From the NCBI RefSeq assembly GCF_009914755.1, contig NC_060940.1: a DNA stretch of 64,000 nt; one strand, written 5' to 3'. The position numbers were made by a program, and so were the translations under genes. The notes under the pieces are model-generated. The model was given only the letters and a program-made list of their open reading frames with translations, ran no database searches and had not been told where the DNA came from. This DNA is from the human T2T-CHM13v2.0 reference genome, Homo sapiens. Within the stretch, counting starts at the first letter, position 1. Every line of letters begins with the position of its first letter. Shown piece by piece: positions 17,052-39,493 of this stretch.

Positions 17052-17344
17052 TCATGGACTACAAAGCTCTTCACCCTGCTATCTGCTTCATCTTTGTGGG
17101 GCAGGCTGGGTGCATCACCAGACTCCTAGTCAAGTGCTCTCTCTTATTGTTCATGGCCTTGTGTTGCCCCAGTCCTGGGGGAGGGGCTGACTTTTCTGCA
17201 GGACTATAGGAAAGGAGAATCATAGACATATGTCCACTTGTCAGTTACCTGTGTTTCCTTCTTGTGCTCTGGGCAGCCGATGCACTTTCCTGATTGCTGT
17301 GGAGCCTACTAGGATCTAGGAATGAATATTGTGCCTGGCTTTGG

Positions 17345-17838
<494 letters not shown>

Positions 17839-17867
17839 TATTTTGGCGTTCCAGCCAGGGGACAATA

Positions 17868-18012
17868 ACGGGAAAGACTCCATCTATGCTACCTGATCCC
17901 CCGCTTGGCTGCATCCTCAACCACTGGTATCAATTTGACCCCAATAATCTAAGGAGGAAATGCTTGATATTCTTTTGCAATAGTTTGTCCCCAATATTGC
18001 TTGGAATCTGGA
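17868..18012 (+). pseudogene. gag: Degenerate gammaretrovirus-like gag N-terminus
   Basis: (ACG)GKTPSMLPDPPLGCILNHWYQFDPNNLRRKCLIFFCN then frameshifted VCPQYCL; resembles the ERV1 Gag PLGCIL..W..FDP..L....LIFFCN..WPQY motif. Confidence 0.75.
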
Positions 18013-18550
18013 GTTTGTTGTTGAATGGGAAAGTGGGATGGTGTTGTATGTATCCAAGCTTTTGTGCTGCTGTTCTAAGCAGGGTCAGGCCTGGTTAGCA
18101 TGTGGTGCTCTCTTTTGGTGCTGTTTGGCCCCGGTGTTCTTTGGAATTTAAAAATCAAACTGGCATGGAAACTGCTTTACCCCAAAATTTTGGTTCACAG
18201 CCTTCACTGGATTACCTACTGGGGCAAACAGAGTGTAACCATGTAAAACCGGCGAGCTTGTATTGCTATCTCATGGCTAGAGTTCCAAGGTAAAAGCCAT
18301 TTGGATCTTCATTTGTGTGCGTGTATACATGTCTAAATGTGTTTATTTGTATGTAGACTTACTGTTATATGTTGTGCCTACCACATTGGCTTATAAGTAA
18401 GAGAGTGCCCATAACTTAATAAGTCCAAGCAATTTTCAAGTTCACGTGACTTAAGTAAATCTTTACGAAACTAGCTAGCTTTAAAATTATTGGTAAATAC
18501 AAATAGAAATGTCTTCAGAATTGGCAACATACATTTTTATCTGGGTTTTA

Positions 18551-18888
<338 letters not shown>

Positions 18889-19050
18889 GTTATAAAGCTA
18901 TTAACCCAGCCAAAACAACAAAAACAAAAAACTGTCCCTTTTGCCTTTGGTTCACTCTTGGATCCAGATGGAAATCTCCAGCTGTTCTGGTGTTCTGGAC
19001 CAAGAAGTTTGAGAAAATAAGAATCCATGGACAAGAAAATTTTGAGGTAG

Positions 19051-19790
<740 letters not shown>

Positions 19791-19967
19791 TCACTTAACC
19801 TCTCATGGGATTGTTACTACAATCAAATGAGACAAGGTGTGTAAAACACTTGGTACAAGATCTGGCATAAATACTCAACATATTTTAACTATTATGATTA
19901 CCCAGTTATTCTTTCGAAGCCAACAAGAAAGTTTTCTTCTCCTTTTGTTATCAACCATTCCCTGCAT

Positions 19968-20085
19968 CAGAGGCTGCTAATTCAGTCAGATTCCCTGTAA
20001 ATGAGTGATGTGGGCCAAGTGTAAGACATTAGAGAGTGGGAGGGACTATGGTAAACTAGAAAGCACATGAAACATCTAAAATGGT
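19968..20085 (+). mobile_element. hAT fragment (MER103C-like)
   Basis: gtaaatgagtga..gggccaagtgtaagaca..gagtgggagggact.tggtaaact. Confidence 0.5.
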
Positions 20086-20094
20086 TTGAAAAAT

Positions 20095-20161
20095 AGCTGG
20101 GCGTGGTGGCTCATGCCTGTAATCCTAGCACTCCGTCTCAAAAAAAAAAAAAAAAAAAAAA
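20095..20161 (+). mobile_element. Internally deleted mini-Alu
   Basis: Alu 5' end joined directly to ccgtctc(A)n. Confidence 0.85.
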
Positions 20162-20329
20162 CCCAACCCAAAACCACCCCAAAAACCCCAGTGAGGTTGA
20201 TTTTCCCACCCCCCCAAACCCATTAATAAATTTGTTGTGTATTTGACGACATGGAGAGACCTGGCTGGTTGATTTCTGGTTTTGTGCACAGCTTCAGTGT
20301 TGTCTTTTCTGAGAGGTTTTGAATGTGGA

Positions 20330-20570
20330 CATCGGGATTGGATGGCATGGGTTGGGATCTTGGCTCTCCCACTTGCCAGCCATGAGATATTGGGCAAATT
20401 ATGAAATCTCGGGCAAATTATGAAATTTCCTGGTAACTCAGTTTTTCCATCTGTAAAATGGGGATAATAATGATTCTCCCCTCATGAAATTTCAATGAGG
20501 ATTTAATATACAGAAGGAGTTTAGGACAGTGTCTGGAACATAGTAAGGCTGAGTAAGTGTTGATGTTATT
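20330..20570 (+). mobile_element. MIR with internal 19-bp tandem duplication (20392-20429)
   Basis: ctcagtttttccatctgtaaaatggggataataat. Confidence 0.85.
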
Positions 20571-21239
20571 CTGGGGTTGAGAGAAGGAGCAAGAACAACC
20601 TTGGGTTGCTGGAGGCTCTCATGGTTTTTCCTCATCATTTCATTCCACTTAAGCCTAAAACAATATGATCGGTATAACACCCAGACAGGAATGAGTTTCT
20701 CTTATACCGGTGATATAATCATATATAATAATGCCACTTACATAAGCTTCCTTAGCTCCTTGTTAAGGCCACCCACACTCCGTTCCACTTCACACTGTTA
20801 AGGAATGTTTCTCCCACAGGGAAAAAGACACCCAGCTCTATGCTAATTACCACTTTAAAGCAGGGACCAAGGGGTGTGAGGGGGGGAAACCAGCAAAGGT
20901 GTCTTTGGCAGTGCTCTTGATTTGGGAGAGTAAAGTCTTTAGTTTGGAAGCAGTGAGTCAGGCCTGGGGACCTCAGAGGAGCCAGAGGCAACCCATGGTG
21001 TCCCCCAGATTAGGCAGGCCCAACCTACGCCTTAGGTGAAAAGTGTCTGTGAGCCAGCCCTCTGCAGACAAATGCTAATCTGCCATTTCTTTTATTGCTT
21101 AAAAAAAGAGAGTCTGAGACATATTCTACGTGTGATACAAGCTCATTGTGGAAAATATGGAAAATAGATGGGAACAAAATGAAAGTGTAAAAGTCAGAAG
21201 TCATGAGCGATGAATATAGTCAAGCTAACAGAAAAAATA

Positions 21240-21805
21240 TAAAAAGTCAGAACTCATTCAGCTGAAAGTGTCAGAAATCAATTGCAAACTGGTTTAGATG
21301 ATTCAAGAGAATATATTGGCCCACAGAACAAGGCTGTCACAGAGGTGGATCAGGCATGGCTGTATCCAGGGCTCAAACGTTATTAGCGGAATGCCATCTT
21401 GCTTGCTCTGTCTCTATTTCATGAATAGGCCTTCTCCAGATGGTGGAAAAGGTAGACATTATCAATTCCAGATTAATCTCCACCAACTGAACAATGCTAC
21501 TAGAAAGGAAGAGGCTCTTCCCAGTGCTCAGATAGGAAAGTCTCAGGGAGGGACTTGATTGGCTGAAGATGTACCACGTGTGCATCCTTGAACCAGTCCC
21601 TGTGGTTGGGGATGTACCACCTGTGCATCCTTGAACCAATCCCTGTGGTTGGGGATGAGGTGCTCTGATTGGCCAGATCAGTGAGTCAATGGCCAGGGGA
21701 GATGAAATCAAGGAATGGTCCACTTAAATAGGTCCTCCACAGGGAGTGGTGATTCTGTTCCAAAAGAAAGAGAAGGAAATGAATTGATGAAAACAATGGA
21801 TATTG
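21240..21805 (-). mobile_element. Old MaLR LTR (MLT1K/L-like)
   Basis: gtcagaaatcaattgcaaactggtttag...ctctgattggccag. Confidence 0.55.
21568..21657. repeat. 43-bp tandem duplication (2 mismatches)
   Basis: gatgtaccac(g/c)tgtgcatccttgaacca(g/a)tccctgtggttggg x2. Confidence 0.95.
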
Positions 21806-21827
21806 CTATATAAGAAGCATATAACAT

Positions 21828-22510
<683 letters not shown>

Positions 22511-22705
22511 TTATTTAGCTATACTTATAAGCATATACTAGATACATAGAACATTGAGATATCCTATGCAAACTTTTGTAAGCTGATTTTGATTGCCTTG
22601 TTTAAAAATATCATTTAGATATTTTGAAATATAAGTGGCATATCTTCTGGGTAGAAAAATTAGAGAATATGGACAAACAAAAATAAAATAACTTTTTTTA
22701 AATAA

Positions 22706-22995
22706 TTTTTTTTTTTGAAACAGAGTCACTCTATCACCCAGGCTGGAGTACAGTAGCATGATCTTGGCTCACTGCACCTCCACCTCCTGGGTTCAAGCGA
22801 TTTTCATGCCTCAGTCTCCTGAGTAGCTGGGATTACAAGTGCATGCAACCACGCCCAGCTAATTTCTGTATTTTTAGTAGAGACGGGGTTTCTCCATGTT
22901 GTCCAGGCTGGGATTGAACTCCTGGTCTCAAGCAATCTGCCTGCCTCGGCCTCCCAAAGTGCTGGGATTACAGGTGTGAGCCACCACACCTGATC
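22706..22995 (-). mobile_element. Alu (AluS)
   Basis: Antisense Alu; TSD aaaataa(t/c)tt. Confidence 0.93.
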
Positions 22996-23502
22996 TAAAA
23001 TAACTTATAATTGGCTGGGGTTAATAGTAAGACTTTTAAGAAGCCAGATTAAGGGCAGGGTTGAGATAGAGGAAGAATAATTTGTCAGAGCTCCTCTTAT
23101 GATACCCTGTAGTCCCTCTTTGCAGTGCTTTGCACATTTGTAATTTTACATTAATTACTCAAAGTGGCTTATTTAAAATAATTTTATTCTCTAAGTGTTG
23201 CTTTCCTTAAAAGAAATAAGAAAAAAAACCCAGAAAAAAAGTGACCTAAAATAATTTTATTCTGAACTATTTCAGGCACACAAAAAACTATAAAGACCAG
23301 TACAGTGAACAACCATTTACCCGTCACTCAGTTTAAAAAATATAACAAAGACAATCAAGTCCTTCTGTGGACCCCTCTTAATCTCGTGCTCCTTTCTCTC
23401 TTCCTTCCTTCCCAATGGGATCTCTATCCTGCAGTTGTGTCTTATATTTCATGCCTATTTTGTATTCTTATTGAATATATGTTATCCATTATCAACATAT
23501 AA

Positions 23503-23914
<412 letters not shown>

Positions 23915-24024
23915 GATTTTGCAAAGTGTTAATGTTGATACAGGTTATGTTTCATTTATTTTCTACTATTGTTAGTGTTAATCTGTTAGTACTAGCATCC
24001 ATGGTAGAACTCAATCATAATTAA

Positions 24025-24868
<844 letters not shown>

Positions 24869-24917
24869 GTTTCTATTTTTCTATTACAAACAGTGCTGTA
24901 GTAAATATTCCTGTACA

Positions 24918-25257
<340 letters not shown>

Positions 25258-25703
25258 CTAGGGTATGTACCTAGGAGTGGAATTGCTGGGCTGTGGGGGT
25301 TATACTTCTTCAACTTTACTCAATTTCACCAAGTTGCTCTGCACAACAGTTGTACCAATTTACACTCTTACCTGCAGTACATGAGAATTCCAGTTTCTCC
25401 GACATTTGGTTTTGTCAGACTTTTTATCTTTGCCAGTTTGATGTGTGTGAAATGCAGTCTGCTGGCACCCAGTGTTCAATCCTGAAGAGCTGGATGCATA
25501 GGTCTTGTTCACCATGGTTCCCCCAGCACTTTGCGCAGCACCTGAAATATAGTAGGTATTCCATATTTTTTGGCTGACTAATTGAGCAGCAGTTTTCTGG
25601 CTCCTCTCATGTAAAATTCCATTACAATTTGTTGGAGAAGCCATTTGTTCTGCAGGGAGTCCTGTTTTCATCTCACTCTTCCCAATTCAAAACCAGGAAA
25701 CCG

Positions 25704-26590
<887 letters not shown>

Positions 26591-26795
26591 GATCTGAGGA
26601 ACATTCAATCCAGACATTTTGGATATGATCAATGTGGAGTGTCCTTAAAGAGATTGAATGCAAAACTTGAAAAGCCACTCCCAAAGTGTAGAGTGGAGGG
26701 AAGAATATAACATCTAACTCCACTTAGCCGGAGTAGGAAAAGGAGAAGTCTGGAATGTTTAAGACAGTTGGCAGCATTTATAGAGACTGATATAA

Positions 26796-27302
<507 letters not shown>

Positions 27303-27534
27303 CTGACTGGGTTGTTTCCATCTGCTCGCAAGTCTTCTACGTGCTTTCAAGCCAGGATCTTTTTTTCCATTGATACTTACTCCTGAGATCACCGCAATCT
27401 TCTCTTCTTCCTCTACCTCCTCCCCTTCTCCCCCCCCCCCTCTCCTCTCCTCCTCCTCCTCCTTCTTCTTCTTTTTCCTCTTCTTCCATGAATTAAATTC
27501 AGATGTGGACTTGGCTATGTGTTGAAACTATAAT

Positions 27535-27870
27535 AAAGATAGCTAGCATTTATTGAGGTCTTGGTTGCCAAATGCTTTTGTTAGTGTTATCTCACTTCAT
27601 CCTCCCTCAGACTTCAGGAGATAGGTACCATAGTTACATCCACTTTGTGGATGAAGTTTAGAGGTTACACAGCAGGTAAATAACAAAGCTGGGGCTGCAA
27701 CCCAGGTCACCCCAATTCCAATGTCTTGTTCTTTACTGAAACTATGTACCATACATCTGTGATTCTTAGCTTCCTTATTAATTAATTCACCAAATGTTTT
27801 CTGAGCACCTCCTAGGTGCTAGGCCCTTTGCTGCTGATATGGGCAAATGAGACAGACAAAATTCCTGGTA
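27535..27870 (-). mobile_element. MIR and L2 3' fragments
   Basis: agctagcatttattgag...; aattcaccaaatgttttctgagcacct. Confidence 0.65.
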
Positions 27871-27876
27871 GCACGA

Positions 27877-28514
<638 letters not shown>

Positions 28515-28531
28515 GTCATCTCCTATTACTG

Positions 28532-28837
28532 TTTTTTTTTTTTTTTTTTTTTCAAAAAGATGGGATCTTGCTGTCACCCAGGTTGGAGTGCAGTGGCTTG
28601 ATCATAGCTCACTGCAGTCTTGACCTTCCAGGCTCAAGCATTCTCCCACCTCAACCTCCCAAGTATCTGGGACAACAAGTGTGTGCAATCATACCCGCCT
28701 AATTATTTGTTTATTTTTTGTAGAGATGAAGTCTTGCTATGTTGCCCAGGCTGTTGTAGAACTCCTGGACTCAAGCAATTCTCTCACCTCAGCCTCCCAA
28801 AGTGCTGGGATTATAGGCATGAGCCACTGCGCTGGCC
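28532..28837 (-). mobile_element. AluJ
   Basis: Antisense Alu; TSD atctcctattact. Confidence 0.92.
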
Positions 28838-28849
28838 ACAATCTCCTAT

Positions 28850-29025
28850 TACTCTCATCTATAGAAGGAAATGAGACTATCCCTCTTTGAGGGTTGCTGT
28901 GAGGTTTAGGGAAATGTGCTCTTGGTACCCAGTAGATGCTCAATAAGCATTACGCTAGGTATATAGTAGGTGCTCAATAAGTGTTGTGCTTGGTATATAG
29001 TTAGTAGGTGCTCAATAAGTGTTGG
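28850..29025 (+). mobile_element. MIR 3' part with triplicated tail (agtag(a/g)tgctcaataag x3)
   Basis: Three imperfect copies at 28931-29023. Confidence 0.75.
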
Positions 29026-29884
29026 CTCCTGATTTCCTTCACTCCCAGGAGCTGGTAACTCTCTATTTGTGTACGTGGGGGAGAATGAAGCCAATTCCAA
29101 GAGACTACGATGTTCTCCTAGAAAAAGGCATTGCACCATCTTTAACATTTGTGCAGCCCACCCTCTATTAGCTCATCTGAGCAAATGCTTATTTTCCTGG
29201 TCTCTGGGGACAAGACTTAGGCTCTTTTCATTTGCCTCCTCACCCTCTCCCCATCTCCCTATTCTAGCCAGTATCACAGAATATGCAACATCTTGACAAA
29301 CCAAAGGCACTGGGCAATGCTTTAGGAAACTGTGCAATTTAGAGAGATGAACAATGAAGAAATATCAGCTCTAGGCAGCTTGTGTGATGGAAAATAGGAG
29401 AAGATAAGATAAATGTGCAGCTTAGAAGGGAGAGTTCTCACAGGTAATGAGAGAAAATCAGGAGCCAACATCTATTTAGAGGTATTTTCCTTCAAGCATC
29501 TGGAGCTTTTGAAGAACCTGGATAGGAGAAATCTACATTTTAGGAGTGTAGGCTATTTTGTAATTTCCATCTTTGAAGGCTTCAACTCCATCTTTGCTGT
29601 CTGTGTGCTAGTTATTTCTTTTTCAGGCTCAATTTTAATAATTTCCTTTTTTTTCTTTTCTCCCAGGAAGAGGGTTTAACTCTGCAACATAATCAGTGCA
29701 CAGAAACCTAAATTGGAAATCTCTTTCACTACAGACAAGACAGTTCAGAAGTGAAAAGTCACAGTAAAATTGGGCATTTCTTTCCATAGACTTAACAGAA
29801 GCAACACCTGGATTCCAGCAGCTGTACTGGTGTAACTGGCACTTGAACGTCTCCATCCAAGTGCCCCTTTGTGGCAGATGAAGA

Positions 29885-30050
29885 GTTCAGGTTTTGTTCC
29901 TCATCAGCCTTGTGACCTTGGGCAAAGTCCTTGACCTATCAGAGCCTCAATTTCCCTATCTGTGGAAAGACGACCATGAAAAAATATGCACTATGGGGTG
30001 GTTCTGGTGGGGAGAGTTAAATTAGATATAATTTAGAAATTCTTAGCATA
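29885..30050 (+). mobile_element. MIR
   Basis: gtgaccttgggcaaagtccttgacct...gcctcaatttccctatctgt. Confidence 0.75.
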
Positions 30051-30054
30051 ATAT

Positions 30055-30940
30055 TTGTATCATATATATGTTTATATATGTTAATATGTAACACATAATA
30101 GTATATAAGAAAGTCATCTATATGAACTTCACACAGCATATTATATTATATATACACACTACATGGTGTATATGACATATACTATCTAATATATGATATG
30201 GTTTGGCTGTGTCCCCACCCAAATCTTATCTTGAATTGTAAATCCCACAATTCCCACATGTTGTGGGAGGAACCTAGTGGGAGATAATTGAATCATGGGA
30301 GTGGGTCTTTCCTGTGCTGTTTTTGTGATAGTGAATAAGTCTCATGAGATCTGATGGTTATATACACGGGAATTTCCCTGTACAAGCTCTCTTCTCTTGT
30401 CTGCTGCCATGTGAGACATGCCTTTCATCTTCTGCCATGCTTGTGAGGCCTTCCCAGCCACAGTTCCACGTGGCTGGGGAGTAATAAACCTCTTTCTTTT
30501 GTAAATTGCCCAGTCTCAGGTATGTCTTTATCAGCAGCATGAAAACAGATTAATACAATATGTTATATATATATTATATAGTATGTATCTAATATAGTAT
30601 AGTATACTAAGTATTAAATATTTTATAATAAATATAATACTATAGCATATAAACATGAGTACAATGATATATGCTCTAACATATGTACTATGTAACATAA
30701 TGGCACATACACATATTATACCATGTTTGTATTTTATAGTGTACATAACATATACTATATATCATATAGTATTCTATAGTATATATGATATACATACCAT
30801 ATAACACAAACTATAATATATGTACTATATACACTATATATAATATAGTATACTATGTAATATATGCTATATATACAAGCAACTGTCCTCTAAACTATAT
30901 CTTATATTATATATTATGTAATATACCAATATAATATAGT
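30055..30940. repeat. AT-rich low-complexity (TA-type) region interrupted by THE1
   Basis: Degenerate tatata/tataatatag arrays. Confidence 0.9.
30194..30557 (+). mobile_element. THE1 solo LTR (THE1C-like)
   Basis: tgatatggtttggctgtgtcccc...gattaataca; TSD atata/atatg. Confidence 0.93.
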
Positions 30941-31082
30941 AGAGATGAAAGTTTCTTGTGAATTGAAAAGCCATGATTAATAAAAGATGTTATTATTCAT
31001 ATAGAGATATAGATGACTGATAAGGTTTGTGGTATGACCCTGAGTCTCTTTTTTTCTATCATCTGCTTGATTCACTACCTGA

Positions 31083-31657
<575 letters not shown>

Positions 31658-31779
31658 TGACTCTTAATATTTTATTTTACTGTTTTTTCCTCAACTACTT
31701 CTTGTTGCCTTTGTCATTCGGTTAACGGGCCATCCTCCTCTCAGGAGGGCCACCAAAGGGCTGGGAGTCACCACTGACA

Positions 31780-33050
<1,271 letters not shown>

Positions 33051-33067
33051 TTTACCATATACTCTCT

Positions 33068-33069
<2 letters not shown>

Positions 33070-33113
<44 letters not shown>
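33070..33113. repeat. (AT)22 microsatellite
   Basis: Read directly. Confidence 0.98.
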
Positions 33114-33116
<3 letters not shown>

Positions 33117-33263
33117 GCATTTTTACATTCTCTGAAAGGCCCCAGAGCGCTTAGTGTATGGCACAAATAGGTAAATAATGGTAATAATTATTACTATTCA
33201 TTTTGTTATTATAGACAGTGCTGTGTGAGTTTTAAATCCTTTCATGAGAAAAGGTTTTTTTAA

Positions 33264-34029
<766 letters not shown>

Positions 34030-35097
34030 AAGAAACCGTTTTGATAGTCAGAAATTATATAGCTACCATTTATGGAGCTTAACTATGTGCCCCGCAGGTG
34101 CTAAGTTGTTTTTTTTTTTTTTCAACTCTGTCTCATTTAACTCTCACTATCACAGAATGCCTTGAAGTTTGTATTACTGCAGGAGAGGAGGTGAACTCAG
34201 GATCAGCTTTATTAATATTGATAATAATAGTAGTGTTATTAAATGAATGAATGAAAGCACAACATGAGACCTATTCTAAGGTGATTAGAAGACTAAGCAC
34301 TCAGCTCTGGGATTGAATGGTGGAGGGGCAGGCAGTTTGGAAGGGGAGGCATCCCTTGTGTACTCCCAGGAGTGTCCTTATCCAGGGTCAACCTTGGAGG
34401 CACCAAGATTTATTTTATTAGAGAAGGCAGCCATTCCTCACCCCGCACTACCCACAGATCCAAGGCCTGAGGAATCTGAGAAATGGCCCCCCTAGTCCAT
34501 AGGCTCAATCTATTTTCACTGGGAGAGAAGCAGCCCAGGCATATGGGGTCTGCACCTTTCACTGCGTAGGTGATAAACCTTGAGCCAAATCAGAATTATC
34601 GGTCTTGTGTTCTGTCGTATGGGGCCTCCCAACACTGTGAAGTGCACTCACACCCACGTGCCCTTTTATTTATGACTTTTATTGAGCCTTCTATGAAGTC
34701 GTAAATTGACCAACCCTGCAACTGGTTCCGGCCCTCATCAGGAAGCTATCATCAAAGTGAATCACCTTCTCACTGGCCACTTGTTCCCTGAAGGTTCATT
34801 GCAAAGGCTGAGATGTTTTCTGGGACTTCTTATAGAATCTGTCAGCCCTAGCTTAGAACTGCCAAGCCAAGGTTTTTTTGTTTCTGTTTCTGTTTTTTTT
34901 TTTTTTTTTTTTTTTTGTTGTTGTTAAGAAAGAGAAGTAAAATACAAAGTGGAAAGGTAATGTGTTTGTTTGGCCAGGGCCTCTCATCTCTGTACAGTAT
35001 TCTGGAAATGCCTCAATTTCTGGAGCTGTGGATTGGACGAGGTTGACCTACTCTTATTCTGGCCTAGAAAAAGTCTGAGTAATTCTTGCATCAGGGA

Positions 35098-35457
<360 letters not shown>

Positions 35458-35604
35458 CTAAGGGAATATGGGAACCAGCAACTTAAATAAAAACAAGGGT
35501 TGGATCTTGGACGTAGGAGGGACTTGGGTGGAAATGATTTCCCTAAAAGCACAGGGTGCTAGAGAGTCCCTAAGAACTCCTCAGACACCTCTCAAGCCCT
35601 GTGC

Positions 35605-35770
35605 TGGGGAAACAACCTGCATTATCTCATCTACTCTTCAGCAGGCCTCTGTTTCATCTCCATTTCGCAGATGGAGAAATTGAGGCTCACAGAGGTTATG
35701 TCACTGTATAAGTTGCTCTAGATCACATGGATACTAAATGGTAGAGCCAAGTTCTGAACACAGATTCTTC
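35605..35770 (-). mobile_element. MIR
   Basis: cagatggagaaattgaggctcacagaggtta. Confidence 0.8.
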
Positions 35771-35814
35771 TTTAATTTATTAAAATTCACCCATTTGGAT
35801 GTGCATGTCAATAA

Positions 35815-36620
<806 letters not shown>

Positions 36621-36890
36621 AATTTTAAAAGTTGTGTAATTATCATGACAATACAGTCTTAGAACCTTTCCATGGTGTCCAGAATGACCCCTGGTGCTGA
36701 TTTGCCGTCAATCCTCATTCCCATCTGTAGCTTCAGTTGACAACTGTGCCTGGGCCTGTGTGTCTCTATAAATTTACCTATTCCGGACATTTCATATAAA
36801 TAGAATCACACAATATGTAGTCTTTTCATTTGACTTCTTTTGCTTATGGTGAGATAACTATGTTGTTTTGTATATTAACAGTTCATTCCT

Positions 36891-37195
36891 GGCTGGGCGT
36901 GGCGGTTCACGCCTGTAATCTCAGCCCTTTGGGAGGCTGAGGTGAGTGGATCACTTGAGGTCAGGAGTTCAAGACCAGCCTGGACAACATGGGAAAACCC
37001 TGTCTCTACTAAAAATTCAAAAAGTAGCCAGGTGTGGGGAACGCACCTGTAATCCCAGCTACTCAGGGGGCTGAGGCAGGAGAATCACTTGAACCCAGGA
37101 GGCAGAGGTTACATTAAGCCAAGATTATGCCACTGCACTCCAGCCTGGGTGACAGAGTAAGACTCTGCCTCAATAAAAACAACAACGACAACAAC
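36891..37195 (+). mobile_element. Alu (AluS)
   Basis: Sense Alu; TSD agttcattcct. Confidence 0.94.
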
Positions 37196-37681
37196 ATAGT
37201 TCATTCCTTTTTATTCCTGAATATTATTCCAATGTTTGGGTATACCCCATTTTATTTATTCATTTTACCAGTTGATGAGCATTTGGATTATTTCTATTTC
37301 TTGGCTGCTATAAAGAGTTCTGCTATGCACATTCATGTGTAGGTTTCTGTATGGTCGGATGTTTTCATTTCATCTGGGTAGTTTCCTAGAAGTGGAATTG
37401 CTGGGTTTTATGGTAAGCTCATGTTAAACTTTGTAAGAAACTGCGAAACTTTTCAAAGAGCCTTTGTCATTTTACATTGAACTCAGGTCTTTGTGACTCT
37501 GACGTCCAAGTTCTTAACCACTGCATTATGTGTATGTCTCATGTTACTCCATGCCATGAATAATCAATTCATTTTGACAATTATTGCTTGATGTTTATTC
37601 TATGCTGGTCGTGGTACTAAATGGTAGGAATAGAGAAATGAAAGGATATGGCTTGTTTTCTGCCTTTTATGGTAGATTGGG

Positions 37682-38000
37682 TTATTATTATTATTATTAT
37701 TGTTATTATTTTTGAGACAGAGTCTCACTCTGTTGCCCAGGCTGGAGTGCAGTGGTGCGATCATGGCTCACTGCAGCCTCAACATTCTGGGCTCAAGTGA
37801 TCCTCCTATCTCAGCCTCCTGAGTAGCTGGGATCATGGCATGTGCCACCATGCCTGGCTAACTTACACTTTTTTTTTTCTTTGTAGAGACAAGGTCTCAC
37901 TGTGTTGCAAAGACTGGTCTCAAACTGCTGGGCTCAAGCAATCTTCCTGCCTCAGGCTACCAAAGTGCTGGGGTTACAGGCTTGAGCCACCTAGCCTGGT
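37682..38000 (-). mobile_element. AluJ with (TTA)n tail
   Basis: TSD tagattgg. Confidence 0.92.
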
Positions 38001-38118
38001 TAGATTGGTTAGTGATCACAATTTTTCTACCATATGACCTTTCAGTGTACCAGATGGACAGAGCATATTTCCCCACCCATATTAGGCTGTTCTTGCATTG
38101 CTATAAAGAAATACCAGA

Positions 38119-38922
<804 letters not shown>

Positions 38923-39104
38923 CACACACTTTTAAATGACCAGATCTCATGAAAACTCACTCACTATCGTGAAGACAGCACCAAATCATGAGGGATCTGT
39001 CCCCGTGACCCAAACTAACTCCACCAGGCTCCACCTTCAGCACTGGGGATTGCAATTCAACATGAGATTTGGCTGGGGACAAATATCCAAACTATAGCAC
39101 CACC

Positions 39105-39493
39105 CCATGGTGTTGGGTTTGCCCATGTGACTTGTGGCCAAGGAACATGAATCAGATATGATGCAAACAGATGCCTCACATGTGCTTTTTGTGCTGTAGT
39201 TCATGTTCTTGTGTTCTCCTGATCCATTATGAGAAGAACACACTCTGCATAGCGGTTTCTTCTTTAGTCTGAGAGTCACAGCAAAAATATGTGAGGCAGA
39301 CCTGAATTTAACACACAGCCTAAAGCTAAGTGCAGGTTTCCCACAGCATGAAGTAGACCTGCCCATCTGATCCCTGCCTAGATCAGTTAAATTGTAGTCA
39401 TCCTACTGATCACTGAGAGTTTTCAGAAGTGTTTGTCATTGTAAACAACTGAAATATTAGTTGTTTGTTATGCGGCAATAGCTGACTAATGCA
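39105..39493 (+). mobile_element. Old MaLR LTR (MLT1I/J-like), host of the MST element
   Basis: ccatgtgacttgtggccaa...gtttgttatgcggcaatagctgactaatgca. Confidence 0.75.

Noticed and set aside
28931-29023. Three spaced direct repeats resembling a CRISPR-like array
   Set aside because: Spacers are related to each other; this is a tandem triplication of a MIR/L2-type tail in eukaryotic DNA
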